64,000 nucleotides of DNA. It comes from Candidatus Kaiserbacteria bacterium. Lineage in GTDB: Bacteria; Patescibacteriota; Minisyncoccia; Phycocordibacterales; UBA918. The stretch spans positions 10,845-74,844 of the forward strand of contig JANPCG010000004.1 in the NCBI GenBank assembly GCA_031430855.1, read 5' to 3'. The notes under the pieces are model-generated. The model did not search any database. It worked only from the letters and a program-made list of their open reading frames with translations, and had not been told where the DNA came from. Below, one piece after another: positions 29,102-37,904 of the stretch (position 1 is the first letter of the stretch; the number at the start of each line of letters is the position of its first letter). Position numbers and translations under genes: made by a program.

Positions 29102-30478
29102 ATGCTTAGCGTTTGTCCTTATTTTCACGTTCACCAGCCGTATCGGGTAAAAAAATACCGCGTCTTTGATATTGGAAACGACAACCAGTACTTCAATGAT
29201 AGTAGTGAAACTGATCTCAATAACCGTCGTATTATTGATAAAGTTGCGAATAAATCCTACCGACCGACCAATAAAATCTTAAAAGAACTGCTTGATACAC
29301 ACCCTGAATTTCGGTTTGCGCTTTCTTTCTCTGGTACGGCACTCGATCAGTTCGAAGCGTATGCGCCAGACGTCCTCGAGTCATTTCAAGAGTTGGTTGC
29401 AACGGGACGGGTAGAAATTTTAGCTGACACCTACCACCACTCGCTCGCATTCTTTTATTCAGTCCCGGAGTTCGAGCGACAGGTAAGCAAACATGCCAAG
29501 CGTATTAAATCACTCTTTGGCGTAACGCCACGAGTGTTCCGTAATACTGAATTGTCGTATCGAAATGATTTAGCAAAATGGTGTGAAGACAATGGGTACC
29601 TCGGCATTATGGCAGAAGGTTGGGATAAGTACCTTGGTTGGCGCAGTCCAAACTATGTCTACCGACCAGCCGGTTGTAGTCGTATCAAGGTCCTCTTAAA
29701 AAATTATAAATTATCTGATGACGTTGCCTTTCGGTTTGGTAACCAGGGGTGGGCGAGCTACCCATTGCGGGCAGAGACGTTTGCTGACTGGATCCATGCT
29801 CATCATGGTGACGGTGAGACCATCAATCTGTTCATGGACTATGAGACTTTCGGTGAACACCAATGGGAAGATACGGGAATTTTTGATTTTTTGCGGGCAT
29901 TGCCAGGCATTCTTTTGGCACACCCTGATACTAGTTTTAAAACCCCAACTGAAACCGTGATGTCATACGAACCAACGGGAGAGTATGATGTGCCCGATGT
30001 GCTGACGTGGGCTGATACTGATCGTGATCTTACTGCGTGGACCGGGAATGATATCCAGCGTGATGCGCTTTCAAAAATTTACGCGCTTGAGGCTGACATT
30101 ATGAAAATTGGTGACAAAGATATGATTGAAGTCTGGCGCAAGCTTCAGACGTCCGATCACTTTTATTACATGTGTACGAAGTGGTCTGAAGACGGTGATG
30201 TTCATGCGTACTTCAGTCCGTACAAATCCCCATATGACGCATATATCGCTTTCATGAATGCGCTGTCTGATTTACAATTGAGAGTACAGTATGCTGTAGA
30301 GAAACAGACTGCAGAAGTTACCCACGCTGCTGTAAAAGCCAAGACGATAACCATACCGGTGACTGATTTTGGTCCCGAGCCGGATGTAACCCTTGAACTA
30401 ACGTGGCAGATGAAAGTACGAGCGTGGTGGCAAGGATTGGTTAACCGCTCACGGTTCAAGAATTTTTTAGCAAAGTAG
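29102..30478 (+). CDS. glycoside hydrolase family 57 (alpha-amylase / branching-enzyme type)
   Basis: N-terminal FHVHQP motif (the GH57 'HQP' signature) and a (beta/alpha)7-barrel-length product of 458 aa. It follows the synthase gene after a 5-nt gap. Confidence 0.75.
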   Translation: MLSVCPYFHVHQPYRVKKYRVFDIGNDNQYFNDSSETDLNNRRIIDKVANKSYRPTNKILKELLDTHPEFRFALSFSGTALDQFEAYAPDVLESFQELVATGRVEILADTYHHSLAFFYSVPEFERQVSKHAKRIKSLFGVTPRVFRNTELSYRNDLAKWCEDNGYLGIMAEGWDKYLGWRSPNYVYRPAGCSRIKVLLKNYKLSDDVAFRFGNQGWASYPLRAETFADWIHAHHGDGETINLFMDYETFGEHQWEDTGIFDFLRALPGILLAHPDTSFKTPTETVMSYEPTGEYDVPDVLTWADTDRDLTAWTGNDIQRDALSKIYALEADIMKIGDKDMIEVWRKLQTSDHFYYMCTKWSEDGDVHAYFSPYKSPYDAYIAFMNALSDLQLRVQYAVEKQTAEVTHAAVKAKTITIPVTDFGPEPDVTLELTWQMKVRAWWQGLVNRSRFKNFLAK

Positions 30479-30499
30479 TAACGTATAGTTCTTTAAAGT

Positions 30500-30979
30500 A
30501 TGGCAATAGAAAAAATGAAGGCGCTGTTTGGAAAAAAAGAACGGGCAATCAAAGTAGTGGCGGTCAAAGAAATTCCAACACCAAAGAAAAAAGCAGTGGT
30601 AAAAAAGACTGTGGCGAAAAAAGCGGTAGTTAAGAAAGTCGCCGCGGTAAAGACGGTCCCCAAAAAAGTCGCCCCCAAAAAAGCAGTAGCGAAAAATGTA
30701 ACCGCAACCAAAAAGCGTTTTGTCGTAGCCTCTGACTCCGAATCTTTTTGGGTGAGTGATGGGCAAGTTTTAAATAGTCTGATTGCACTTGAAACGGCGC
30801 TCAAATCAATGAAATCAGCGGTATACACGTACCATGTCAATAAAGATGGTAATCACTTTGCTGATTGGGCAGAGGCGGTGTTAGGCGATACTGAATGTGC
30901 CAAAGCGTTGCGCGGAGCAAAGACTGCTTCGGCTGCCTACAAAGTCGTGGTGACCCACACTAAGTTGTATACGTCGTAA
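30500..30979 (+). CDS. lysine/alanine-rich histone H1-like protein with a C-terminal globular domain
   Basis: N-terminal (A/V)KK repeats (KKKAVVKKTVAKKAVVKKVAAVKTVPKKVAPKKAVAK) followed by about 80 aa of non-repetitive sequence (FWVSDGQVLNSLIALETALKSMKSAVYTYHVNKDGNHFADWAE…). It is embedded in the glucan cluster. Confidence 0.55.
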   Translation: MAIEKMKALFGKKERAIKVVAVKEIPTPKKKAVVKKTVAKKAVVKKVAAVKTVPKKVAPKKAVAKNVTATKKRFVVASDSESFWVSDGQVLNSLIALETALKSMKSAVYTYHVNKDGNHFADWAEAVLGDTECAKALRGAKTASAAYKVVVTHTKLYTS

Positions 30980-30987
30980 TATTCTAT

Positions 30988-32958
30988 ATGGCCCGCGCAA
31001 TTACGGTCGGTAACGGAAACCTGCTTGTTGGGCTTGATTATCGTGGGCAAGTACGCGACCTCTATTTCCCGTACGTAGGCCTCACTAATCACGTGAGCGG
31101 TGCGAGTGGAAGCTACGTTCATCGAATCGGGGTCTATGTTGACGGTGTTATGAGTTGGCTTGATGATCCGTTATGGGAGATCACAATGGGTGGCGACACC
31201 AATTGTTCAATTGGGAATATGGTGGCACTTCACGAGGAGCTCGGATTACGGCTTGAGTCTTTTGATGGGGTTCATAATGAACAGAATGTTTTTTTACGTC
31301 GTTTTTCTCTCACCAATACCAAAGTCGATGCGCGTACGGTTAAATTTTTTATCTCACAACAATTCCGAATCGCGGAATCGAGGCGTGGCGATACAGCTTT
31401 TTATGATCCCCGCGTAAATGCGATTATTCACTACAAGGATACTGATACGTTTCTTATTAATGCGACCAAAAATGGAGTACAGTTTACTGAATTTAACATT
31501 GGACTTTTTGGTATTGAAGGAAAGGAGGGGACCTACCATGATGCACATGATGGAGTGTTAGAGCGTAATCCGATTGAACATGGTTCGGTTGATTCAGTAA
31601 TTGGTTTTACCTGTGAGTTGGGAAGTGAGGGAACAGACGTCATGTATTACTGGATTGCATGTGCTGATTCTATCCCGGCAGCCCACACGCTTGATGCGCT
31701 TGTGATTGAGGAGACGCCTGAGCGCCTGTTGGTTTCTACTGAGGCGTACTGGAAGGCCTGGCTTGAGAAAGAAGATAAAGATACAAGTGTTCTTACTCCT
31801 TCGCTTAAAACATTGTATGAACGCTCCCTCGTGACCATCAGGGTTCATGCCGATAATCGTGGGGGCATTATTGCGAGTAGTGATACTGATATGCTCCATC
31901 ATGGTCGAGACACCTACAGTTATGTTTGGCCGCGAGATGGAGCTCTCATTGCTCACGCGCTCGATGTTTCAGGGTACACCGATGTGGGTGAACGCTTTTT
32001 TACCTTTGTCACAAAGTGCCAAGAACCTGGTGGTTATTTAATGCACAAATATCTCACCAATGGCAGTCTCGGAAGTTCCTGGCATCCATGGCTCCAGCAA
32101 GGCAAGCCCTACTTACCGATTCAAGAAGATGAGACAGCGAGTGTTTTATTTATGTTATGGAAGCACTACGAAATGACACGTAACTTAGAGTTTGTTGAGA
32201 GTCATTACAATTCATTTATCGAGCCCGCAGCAAAGTTTTTAGTTGATTATATTGAACCGGTAACCGGTTTGCCACAGGCCTCGTTTGATTTGTGGGAAGA
32301 AAAATATGGCACCTCAACCTATACCGCTGCCTCTGTGTACGCTGGTCTTGTGGCAGCAACAAAGTTTGCTAGTTTGCTTGGGAAAGACATTGATGCTCGT
32401 ACCTATCAGGTGGTGGCTGCCCGCATGCAGAGTGCGATTGTTGAACATCTCTATGATGCAGAGCTCAAGATGTTTGTGAAGCACGTTCGTCACACCGATG
32501 ATGGTGAGTTAGTCTACGATCGAACGATTGATACGAGTAGTTTCCACGGCATTGTGTTATTTGGGGTGCTTGAACTTGATTCTCCAGAAATCAAACAGTC
32601 ACTCAAAACGATTGAAAAAGTTCTGCAAGTGGAGGGTAATAGTCAGGGTTTTGTCCGGTATCAAAACGATACGTATTACACCATGCAAGAAGCTGGCTCG
32701 CCAAATCCGTGGGTGATTACCACCTTATGGATTGCTCAGTACTATATAAAAATTGCCAAAAAAGTAGGTGATTTAAAGCGCCCGCTTGAGTTGCTTGAAT
32801 GGACCGCATCTCATGCAGCTCCCGGTGGGACACTCGCTGAACAGATGCATCCGCATACGAGAGAACATCGGTCAGCATCACCGTTAATTTGGAGTCATGC
32901 TGAGTATGTGCTTACTATCGATATGTATCTCGATAAAATCGATGAGCTAAAGAAATAG
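30988..32958 (+). CDS. glycoside hydrolase family 15 (glucoamylase / glucodextranase-like)
   Basis: 656 aa with an N-terminal beta-sandwich and an (alpha/alpha)6 catalytic domain. It has the GH15-type region LWEEKYGTSTYTAASVYAGLVAATKFASLLG. Confidence 0.78.
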   Translation: MARAITVGNGNLLVGLDYRGQVRDLYFPYVGLTNHVSGASGSYVHRIGVYVDGVMSWLDDPLWEITMGGDTNCSIGNMVALHEELGLRLESFDGVHNEQNVFLRRFSLTNTKVDARTVKFFISQQFRIAESRRGDTAFYDPRVNAIIHYKDTDTFLINATKNGVQFTEFNIGLFGIEGKEGTYHDAHDGVLERNPIEHGSVDSVIGFTCELGSEGTDVMYYWIACADSIPAAHTLDALVIEETPERLLVSTEAYWKAWLEKEDKDTSVLTPSLKTLYERSLVTIRVHADNRGGIIASSDTDMLHHGRDTYSYVWPRDGALIAHALDVSGYTDVGERFFTFVTKCQEPGGYLMHKYLTNGSLGSSWHPWLQQGKPYLPIQEDETASVLFMLWKHYEMTRNLEFVESHYNSFIEPAAKFLVDYIEPVTGLPQASFDLWEEKYGTSTYTAASVYAGLVAATKFASLLGKDIDARTYQVVAARMQSAIVEHLYDAELKMFVKHVRHTDDGELVYDRTIDTSSFHGIVLFGVLELDSPEIKQSLKTIEKVLQVEGNSQGFVRYQNDTYYTMQEAGSPNPWVITTLWIAQYYIKIAKKVGDLKRPLELLEWTASHAAPGGTLAEQMHPHTREHRSASPLIWSHAEYVLTIDMYLDKIDELKK

Positions 32959-32967
32959 AGAGGTATT

Positions 32968-33078
32968 CCAAAAATACTTCATCTGCGTTGTTGGTCTTCA
33001 AAAAATTATATTCACCGTACATTCGTACGGCTCACACAATTTTTCTTGCCCGCCTAGCAGCTAAAGCATTTTTGAAAC
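32968..33078 (+). repeat. Intergenic repeat element copy D, directly 3' of the GH15 gene
   Basis: ccaaaaatacttcatctgcgttgttg…caaaaaattatattcaccgtacattcgtacggctcacacaatttttcttgcccgcctagcagctaaagcatttttgaaac. Confidence 0.8.
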
Positions 33079-33217
33079 ACCTATTCAGACTGAAATTATT
33101 TTTCGATACAAATCTTTTTTAAACTCTAGCCGTTGACGCTTTTATATTTACAAAATATACATCTCCCTATACTGTAGTCGACAGGCTCTTGATTGGAGGA
33201 TGAAGGTGGGAGGCGTT

Positions 33218-33457
33218 ATGGTGCAGAGGGTAGAGAAAGACCCGTTGTGGCCCGATCGGGTCGTGATTGCGGGTGAAGCCACGGGGCTCTCTATGGCCAC
33301 TCATGGTTCGGGTAATCACCAGCTGATTCTTCGGACTGGCGAGCGTTTGACAGCGTCGGTTCCGCAGACTGTATTCCCGCTGGTCACTGTTGGTCAGGTG
33401 ATTGATGGTGACCAATTTTGTCGCTGTGCTTGGGGGTATATCATTGGACTGACTTAA
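33218..33457 (+). CDS. hypothetical small protein (79 aa)
   Basis: Upstream promoter-like TTGACG…TATACA / TATACT and a GGGAGG ribosome-binding site 4 nt before the ATG, with a strong terminator after the stop. The overlapping minus-strand ORF (33167..33511) is low-complexity and lacks signals. Confidence 0.4.
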   Translation: MVQRVEKDPLWPDRVVIAGEATGLSMATHGSGNHQLILRTGERLTASVPQTVFPLVTVGQVIDGDQFCRCAWGYIIGLT

Positions 33458-33487
33458 AGCAGCAGAAGACGAAAAAGAAAGGGAATG

Positions 33488-33525
33488 ACTCGCGCAGTTT
33501 GCGCGAGTCATTTTTAGTAACGTTT
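33488..33525. terminator. Strong bidirectional terminator shared with truB
   Basis: gaatgactcgcgcagtttgcgcgagtcatt followed by ttt. Confidence 0.65.
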
Positions 33526-34329
33526 AGAAAAGAATCTGCCAATTAAAGGGAGTTGCTTATAGCGACCTATTTCGCTCCGATGAATGTGGTAGGCGAGGCC
33601 TACAATTGAGTGGAGTTTGGTAATCTCTTCGGCGAGACTTCGCATGTAAGTACCACTGCTTGCGGTGCAAACAAAAGTAGCGATAGTGAAATGGTCTGTC
33701 GACAGACCATTCTCTAGGAATTTTTTCCAATCAGCCCGCACATCAGTGCGTCTAAAGTCTCGACCTAGGGCTTTACTTTCGTCCGTTACGGGAGTTACTG
33801 TTTCAATTTTGGTGCTTACTTCGGAATAAATCTCAACACGGGTTTTGGTTATTACATTTTTGAGTCGAAGTGCGTAGACGGTAGACGTTTGAGTGGGGAT
33901 CGTAATTTCACCTAGTCTACCTTCCAGTGTCCAGACGTGTAAGGGTTTGCCCCGTACCGTTTTAGAGGAGAAGTGGGGGTAGGGAAGGGAGATGTTGCCG
34001 GTGAGGGTACGGGCTGCGGACGTAAGTGACGTGTGGGTTGGAGTAGGTATGACTTCAGAGAAACGGAGTCTTCCGAGCACATCACCGGTATCAGAACCTA
34101 CACCAAACAAAACTGAGAACTCGTATCGTTTATCGAGACCATGGTACTCAGATTGTTTTTTGCACTCGTCGCCAATTAAAACTAGGAGTTTACCCGAGGC
34201 CATCGGGTCGAGACGCCCGGCGTATGAGAGAGGAACACCCGTAAATTCAGGGTGAGATTTGCGCCAGAGCTCAGCACATTCCAAAGGTGTTTGTCCTACC
34301 GTTTTTTCTAAAACAACATATTTCTGCAT
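33514..34329 (-). CDS. truB: tRNA pseudouridine(55) synthase TruB
   Basis: …VPLSYAGRLDPMASGKLLVLIGDECKKQSEYHGLDKRYEFSVLFGVGSDTGDVLG… matches the TruB catalytic-Asp motif (G..LDP.A.G.L…G.ATK…DK.Y). The preferred start is 34329 (MQKYVVLEK…). Confidence 0.78.
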   Translation of the reverse strand: MQKYVVLEKTVGQTPLECAELWRKSHPEFTGVPLSYAGRLDPMASGKLLVLIGDECKKQSEYHGLDKRYEFSVLFGVGSDTGDVLGRLRFSEVIPTPTHTSLTSAARTLTGNISLPYPHFSSKTVRGKPLHVWTLEGRLGEITIPTQTSTVYALRLKNVITKTRVEIYSEVSTKIETVTPVTDESKALGRDFRRTDVRADWKKFLENGLSTDHFTIATFVCTASSGTYMRSLAEEITKLHSIVGLAYHIHRSEIGRYKQLPLIGRFFSKRY

Positions 34330-34389
34330 ATTTGCTACTGTATCATACAAACGAAAAGGGCCGAACGTGATGTTCGGCCCCACCCAGTC

Positions 34390-34752
34390 TTAACCTTTTG
34401 TGCCGTTTGTCATGCAACTGGTGGTTTTCATCAAGTGCTCGAATCGACTCGCCAGCATCCATTTCCTCAGGTAGTAGACCTCAAAATCCCCGTCAGGAAT
34501 CACTTGGAAGTTTACATTGAGTAGTGGATCGGCCGGGTCTAAAAGTTCGAGGTATGCCTTACAGGCAACGGTCGGTTCGTTTACTTGCCGCATATCAAAC
34601 GTTGGAACGATAATTTGAACGCGCCAGGCATTTTCGTAAAGCTCAACCTCTTCTGAAAGTTGATAGTCCACGAAAGGGCCTGACTCATCAGCGTATGCGC
34701 TGTTGTTCAAAAACATGATCGCTGCGGCAATCAGTGTCAAAAACTTGGTCAT
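34390..34752 (-). CDS. exported hypothetical protein (signal peptide)
   Basis: N-terminal MTKFLTLIAAAIMFLNNSAYA signal peptide. A GAGGGA ribosome-binding site lies 9 nt upstream. A terminator gggccgaacgtgatgttcggccc follows the stop. Confidence 0.5.
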   Translation of the reverse strand: MTKFLTLIAAAIMFLNNSAYADESGPFVDYQLSEEVELYENAWRVQIIVPTFDMRQVNEPTVACKAYLELLDPADPLLNVNFQVIPDGDFEVYYLRKWMLASRFEHLMKTTSCMTNGTKG

Positions 34753-34913
34753 TGGTCTGCTCCCTCACGGTAGGTCGACGTTGTGCCGTACCTTCTAGGA
34801 AAAATAATAGCACACTTTTATATAAAAATCAAGTATTCTGGATAAAATAGTCAAATATTTAGTAAAAAATTAAAAAGAATTTCGAATCACCTAATTAAAA
34901 GACCTTTTAGGTA

Positions 34914-35876
34914 CTAGTCTTCTGCGTCGTCTTCGTCTTCAATCTCTGTCTGGATTATCTCCTCGATGATGTCTTCGAGAGAAAGCACGCCTATCGCTTC
35001 ACTATTTGATTTCTCGACAATTGCCAGGTGGCGTTTTTGCTTTAACATCGCGGTTAATACCGTGTCGAGATTGGTGCCGCCTTTGATTCGCATAATGTTG
35101 GTCTCGAACGCTTCTTCGGTTTGCTTGATGGAGATGTTTTCATCTTCAGTCAGTAAGTCTTTGGCAAAGAGAATGCCGACGACATTAGTTTTATTACTAC
35201 TGTAAATTGGAAAACGGGAATAGCCAGCATCATTTACTGATTCAAAAAAATTATCCGTCAGGGTTTGGTTTTCATCAAACATAACTACCTTTTCAATCGG
35301 AGTCATTACTTCTCGCACTTTCAGATGAGAGAATCGTAAGGCGCCATGAATGATGCGCTCTTCATCTTCATCAATGGCGCTGTGTTCTGAATCCTCGTGT
35401 TCAGACACAATCTCCATCAGTTCACGGTGTGAGTACATGGTTGGCATGGCATGCCCGAGTAGTTTGTCCAAAGTGTAGGCAACAGGGAAGGCAATGGGAT
35501 AAAAAATGATTATTAAGAAGCGAGTGATTGGTGCGAACGCACTACCAAATGCTAGCGCATGCCGGGAGAACAGTGCTTGGGGGCCAATTTCACCAAAGAT
35601 AAAGATGAGCGTAGTAGCCAAGATACTCGCAAAAATTCCACTGGTAAGCGAGCCAAGATATACCGATAAGATAGTATTAACCACTACGTTTCCGAGAATC
35701 AGGGTGGTAAGAAGGAGATTCCCACGAGCACGTAGTGGATAGATTACTAGCGCTTGCGGATCACCAGCTTTGGCTCGGCGTCGCAGTGAGTGAATATCTA
35801 AGGAAAAATAGGCAAGGGTGAGTCCTGAGAAAATGGCAGAACAGCAAATCAGAAACAGCGTGAGTAAATAGATCAC
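34914..35876 (-). CDS. HlyC/CorC family transporter (DUF21 TM domain + tandem CBS + CorC_HlyC)
   Basis: N-terminal 4-TM DUF21 region, then CBS pairs (…VREVMTPIEKVVMFDE…), then a C-terminal transporter-associated domain. Confidence 0.82.
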   Translation of the reverse strand: MIYLLTLFLICCSAIFSGLTLAYFSLDIHSLRRRAKAGDPQALVIYPLRARGNLLLTTLILGNVVVNTILSVYLGSLTSGIFASILATTLIFIFGEIGPQALFSRHALAFGSAFAPITRFLIIIFYPIAFPVAYTLDKLLGHAMPTMYSHRELMEIVSEHEDSEHSAIDEDEERIIHGALRFSHLKVREVMTPIEKVVMFDENQTLTDNFFESVNDAGYSRFPIYSSNKTNVVGILFAKDLLTEDENISIKQTEEAFETNIMRIKGGTNLDTVLTAMLKQKRHLAIVEKSNSEAIGVLSLEDIIEEIIQTEIEDEDDAED

Positions 35877-36002
35877 GGTAGGGAATTAGAGTGGCGAACC
35901 ACCGAGAAAAGCATTTACAATCAAGAGGAGAATAAATCCGCCGATTACAAGAAGTAAGAATTGCATAGTTTTATGAGAATACCACATTTCACCACATTTT
36001 TA

Positions 36003-36040
36003 AACAACATCTGCCCCGGCGTAGCCGGGGCAGATGTTGT
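36003..36040. terminator. Bidirectional intrinsic terminator
   Basis: atctgccccggc-gta-gccggggcagat flanked by aaacaac and gttgtttagtttttt. Confidence 0.65.
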
Positions 36041-36074
36041 TTAGTTTTTTAACTTACACCGAATCTGAAAAGGA

Positions 36075-36195
36075 TTTTCAAAAATTGATGCAGCGCTAGG
36101 CGTGGAAGAAAAATTTGATGAGCCGTACTTTTCGTACGGTAAGTCTAATTTTTTGCACCACAACAACGCGGTGCGCAGTTTTTTGGAATTCCTCC
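36075..36195 (-). repeat. Intergenic repeat element copy H (reverse orientation), 3' of the DEAD-box helicase gene; includes an 80-nt segment identical to copy I
   Basis: 36091..36170 equals 37627..37706, 80/80 identical. The reverse complement shows the family consensus …cgcgttgttgtggtgcaaaaaattagacttaccgtacgaaaagtacggctcatcaaatttttcttccacgcctagcgctg…. Confidence 0.85.
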
Positions 36196-37590
36196 CTATT
36201 TTGTGACGAAAGTGAGAGCCTGCCCTCGTTTATCAGCCCGTCCCGTTCGGCCAATTCGGTGAACATAATCTTCATACGCATTTGGAAGGTCGTAGTTAAT
36301 GACGTGTGAGACATCATCAACGTGGATACCACGAGCAGCGACGTCAGTTGCAACGAGTACCTGAACCCGGCCCAATTTAAAGTTCTGGAGGGCGCGCTGT
36401 CTCTGTGGGTGACTCTTGTTACCGTGAATGGCATCGGACTTGATACCAGCGCGAGTGAGTTCTTGAGAAAGTTTCTCCACGCTATGCTTCATTGCGCCAA
36501 AGATGATGACGCGAGTAAAGTCCGCCTTCTTTAAGAGTGCAACGAGCGTATCAAACTTGGTGTGCGGTTCGTAATACACTACGTCTTGCGTGATACTGCC
36601 GGTAATATCTTTCTTACGAACGGAAATCGTAATTGGATCATTCATGAATTCATGAATCATTCCTTTTACACTGTCAGACATAGTTGCAGAGAAGAAGAGG
36701 GTTTCGTGTGGATCAGGGACGTCTTTCAAAATCTTTCGCATATCATGGATGAATCCCATATCGAGCATACGGTCAGCTTCATCAAGTACGATGGTTGAAA
36801 ATCCGCCCGGTTTGATGTGTCCACGGTCAATGAGGTCTTGAACGCGTCCTGGAGTACCAATAATAAAATGATTCTGGCGACGGAGGCCCTGAATCTGTGG
36901 GCGAATATTCATTCCACCAACACAAACAGTTGAGAAGATTTTCATTTTCTCAGTCAGTCGCTTGAGTTCCTGTTCTACTTGAATTGCGAGTTCGCGGGTA
37001 GGTGCGAGAATAAGTGTTTGACGACTATATTGCTTGAGTGTCTTGTTAATGAGTGGTACCAAGAACGCTGCCGTTTTACCGGTCCCCGTTTGGGCTAATC
37101 CAACCACATCACGACCATCAAGGATGTGAGGAATAATTTGATCTTGAATTGGTGAGGGAATAGTTAGTCCCATGTTGGTAATCGTAGTTACGAGAGGCTG
37201 TTCAAGGCCAAAGGTTTTGAAAGTATGCTTCGCTTCATAGACTTCTTCTGGTGTCGTATCGGCCGGGTTAAGGTTGATGTAGCGAGACACGTCAAAGGTT
37301 TGCATTTTGCGTCCCCCTCGACTCCCTCCACCGCTGCGACTGCCGCCACGACTCCCTCCACCTCGACTACTGCTACCTCCAAAAGAGGGTCGACTTGATG
37401 ACGGGCGATTAGAACTACTACTAAAACTGCGACGTGGTCCGTGACTAGCGCTACTTGGAGCAATTTGACGTGAGCCACTGCGGTCGCTAAAGCGGCGGGC
37501 TGCGCCATTTCCAGAACCACTATCACTCGTTGAGCGGGGGCGACTAGAAAAGCTAGGTTTCCGACTAGGTCGGCTTGTTGATGAATCCAT
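36196..37590 (-). CDS. DEAD-box ATP-dependent RNA helicase with a C-terminal Arg/Gly/Ser-rich tail
   Basis: Q-motif, Walker A AQTGTGKT, DEAD (VLDEADRM), SAT, HRIGRTGR. The C-terminal roughly 90 aa are GGSRGG/RSFSS repeats. Confidence 0.9.
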   Translation of the reverse strand: MDSSTSRPSRKPSFSSRPRSTSDSGSGNGAARRFSDRSGSRQIAPSSASHGPRRSFSSSSNRPSSSRPSFGGSSSRGGGSRGGSRSGGGSRGGRKMQTFDVSRYINLNPADTTPEEVYEAKHTFKTFGLEQPLVTTITNMGLTIPSPIQDQIIPHILDGRDVVGLAQTGTGKTAAFLVPLINKTLKQYSRQTLILAPTRELAIQVEQELKRLTEKMKIFSTVCVGGMNIRPQIQGLRRQNHFIIGTPGRVQDLIDRGHIKPGGFSTIVLDEADRMLDMGFIHDMRKILKDVPDPHETLFFSATMSDSVKGMIHEFMNDPITISVRKKDITGSITQDVVYYEPHTKFDTLVALLKKADFTRVIIFGAMKHSVEKLSQELTRAGIKSDAIHGNKSHPQRQRALQNFKLGRVQVLVATDVAARGIHVDDVSHVINYDLPNAYEDYVHRIGRTGRADKRGQALTFVTK

Positions 37591-37604
37591 ATTAAATTAA
37601 TGAG

Positions 37605-37740
37605 AATGAAACTTTCGTAAATGAGTACAGCGCTAGGCGTGGAAGAAAAATTTGATGAGCCGTACTTTTCGTACGGTAAGTCTAATTTTTTGCACCACAA
37701 CAACGCGATGTGCCATTTAGGTAAGTTTTTGTGCAGGTTG
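37605..37740 (-). repeat. Intergenic repeat element copy I (reverse orientation), 5' of the DEAD-box helicase gene; direct repeat of copy H
   Basis: The 80-nt stretch 37627..37706 is identical to 36091..36170. Flanks diverge on both sides. Confidence 0.85.
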
Positions 37741-37904
37741 TAAAACCAATCGAAGGGGTAGGGTGGCAGAGATAGCCACAAAATTCTTCTACTGCCACAA
37801 AAGACGCCCTACACGAGAATCTTAAGGTAGTAAGAGAATAACATTAAAATCATAAAGAGTCAATTTTATGAGTGATGATATACTGGATAAAAATGTAATG
37901 CAGT

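Noticed and set aside
33167-33511. 114-aa minus-strand ORF overlapping the 33218..33457 + ORF
   Set aside because: The translation is Ser/His/Pro-rich and low-complexity, and there is no ribosome-binding site. The + strand ORF has a promoter, a ribosome-binding site and a terminator.
37188-37781. 197-aa minus-strand ORF overlapping the 5' end of the DEAD-box helicase gene and repeat copy I
   Set aside because: It is in an alternative frame to a well-supported helicase CDS and runs across the repeat element. The product is highly repetitive (VA-rich).
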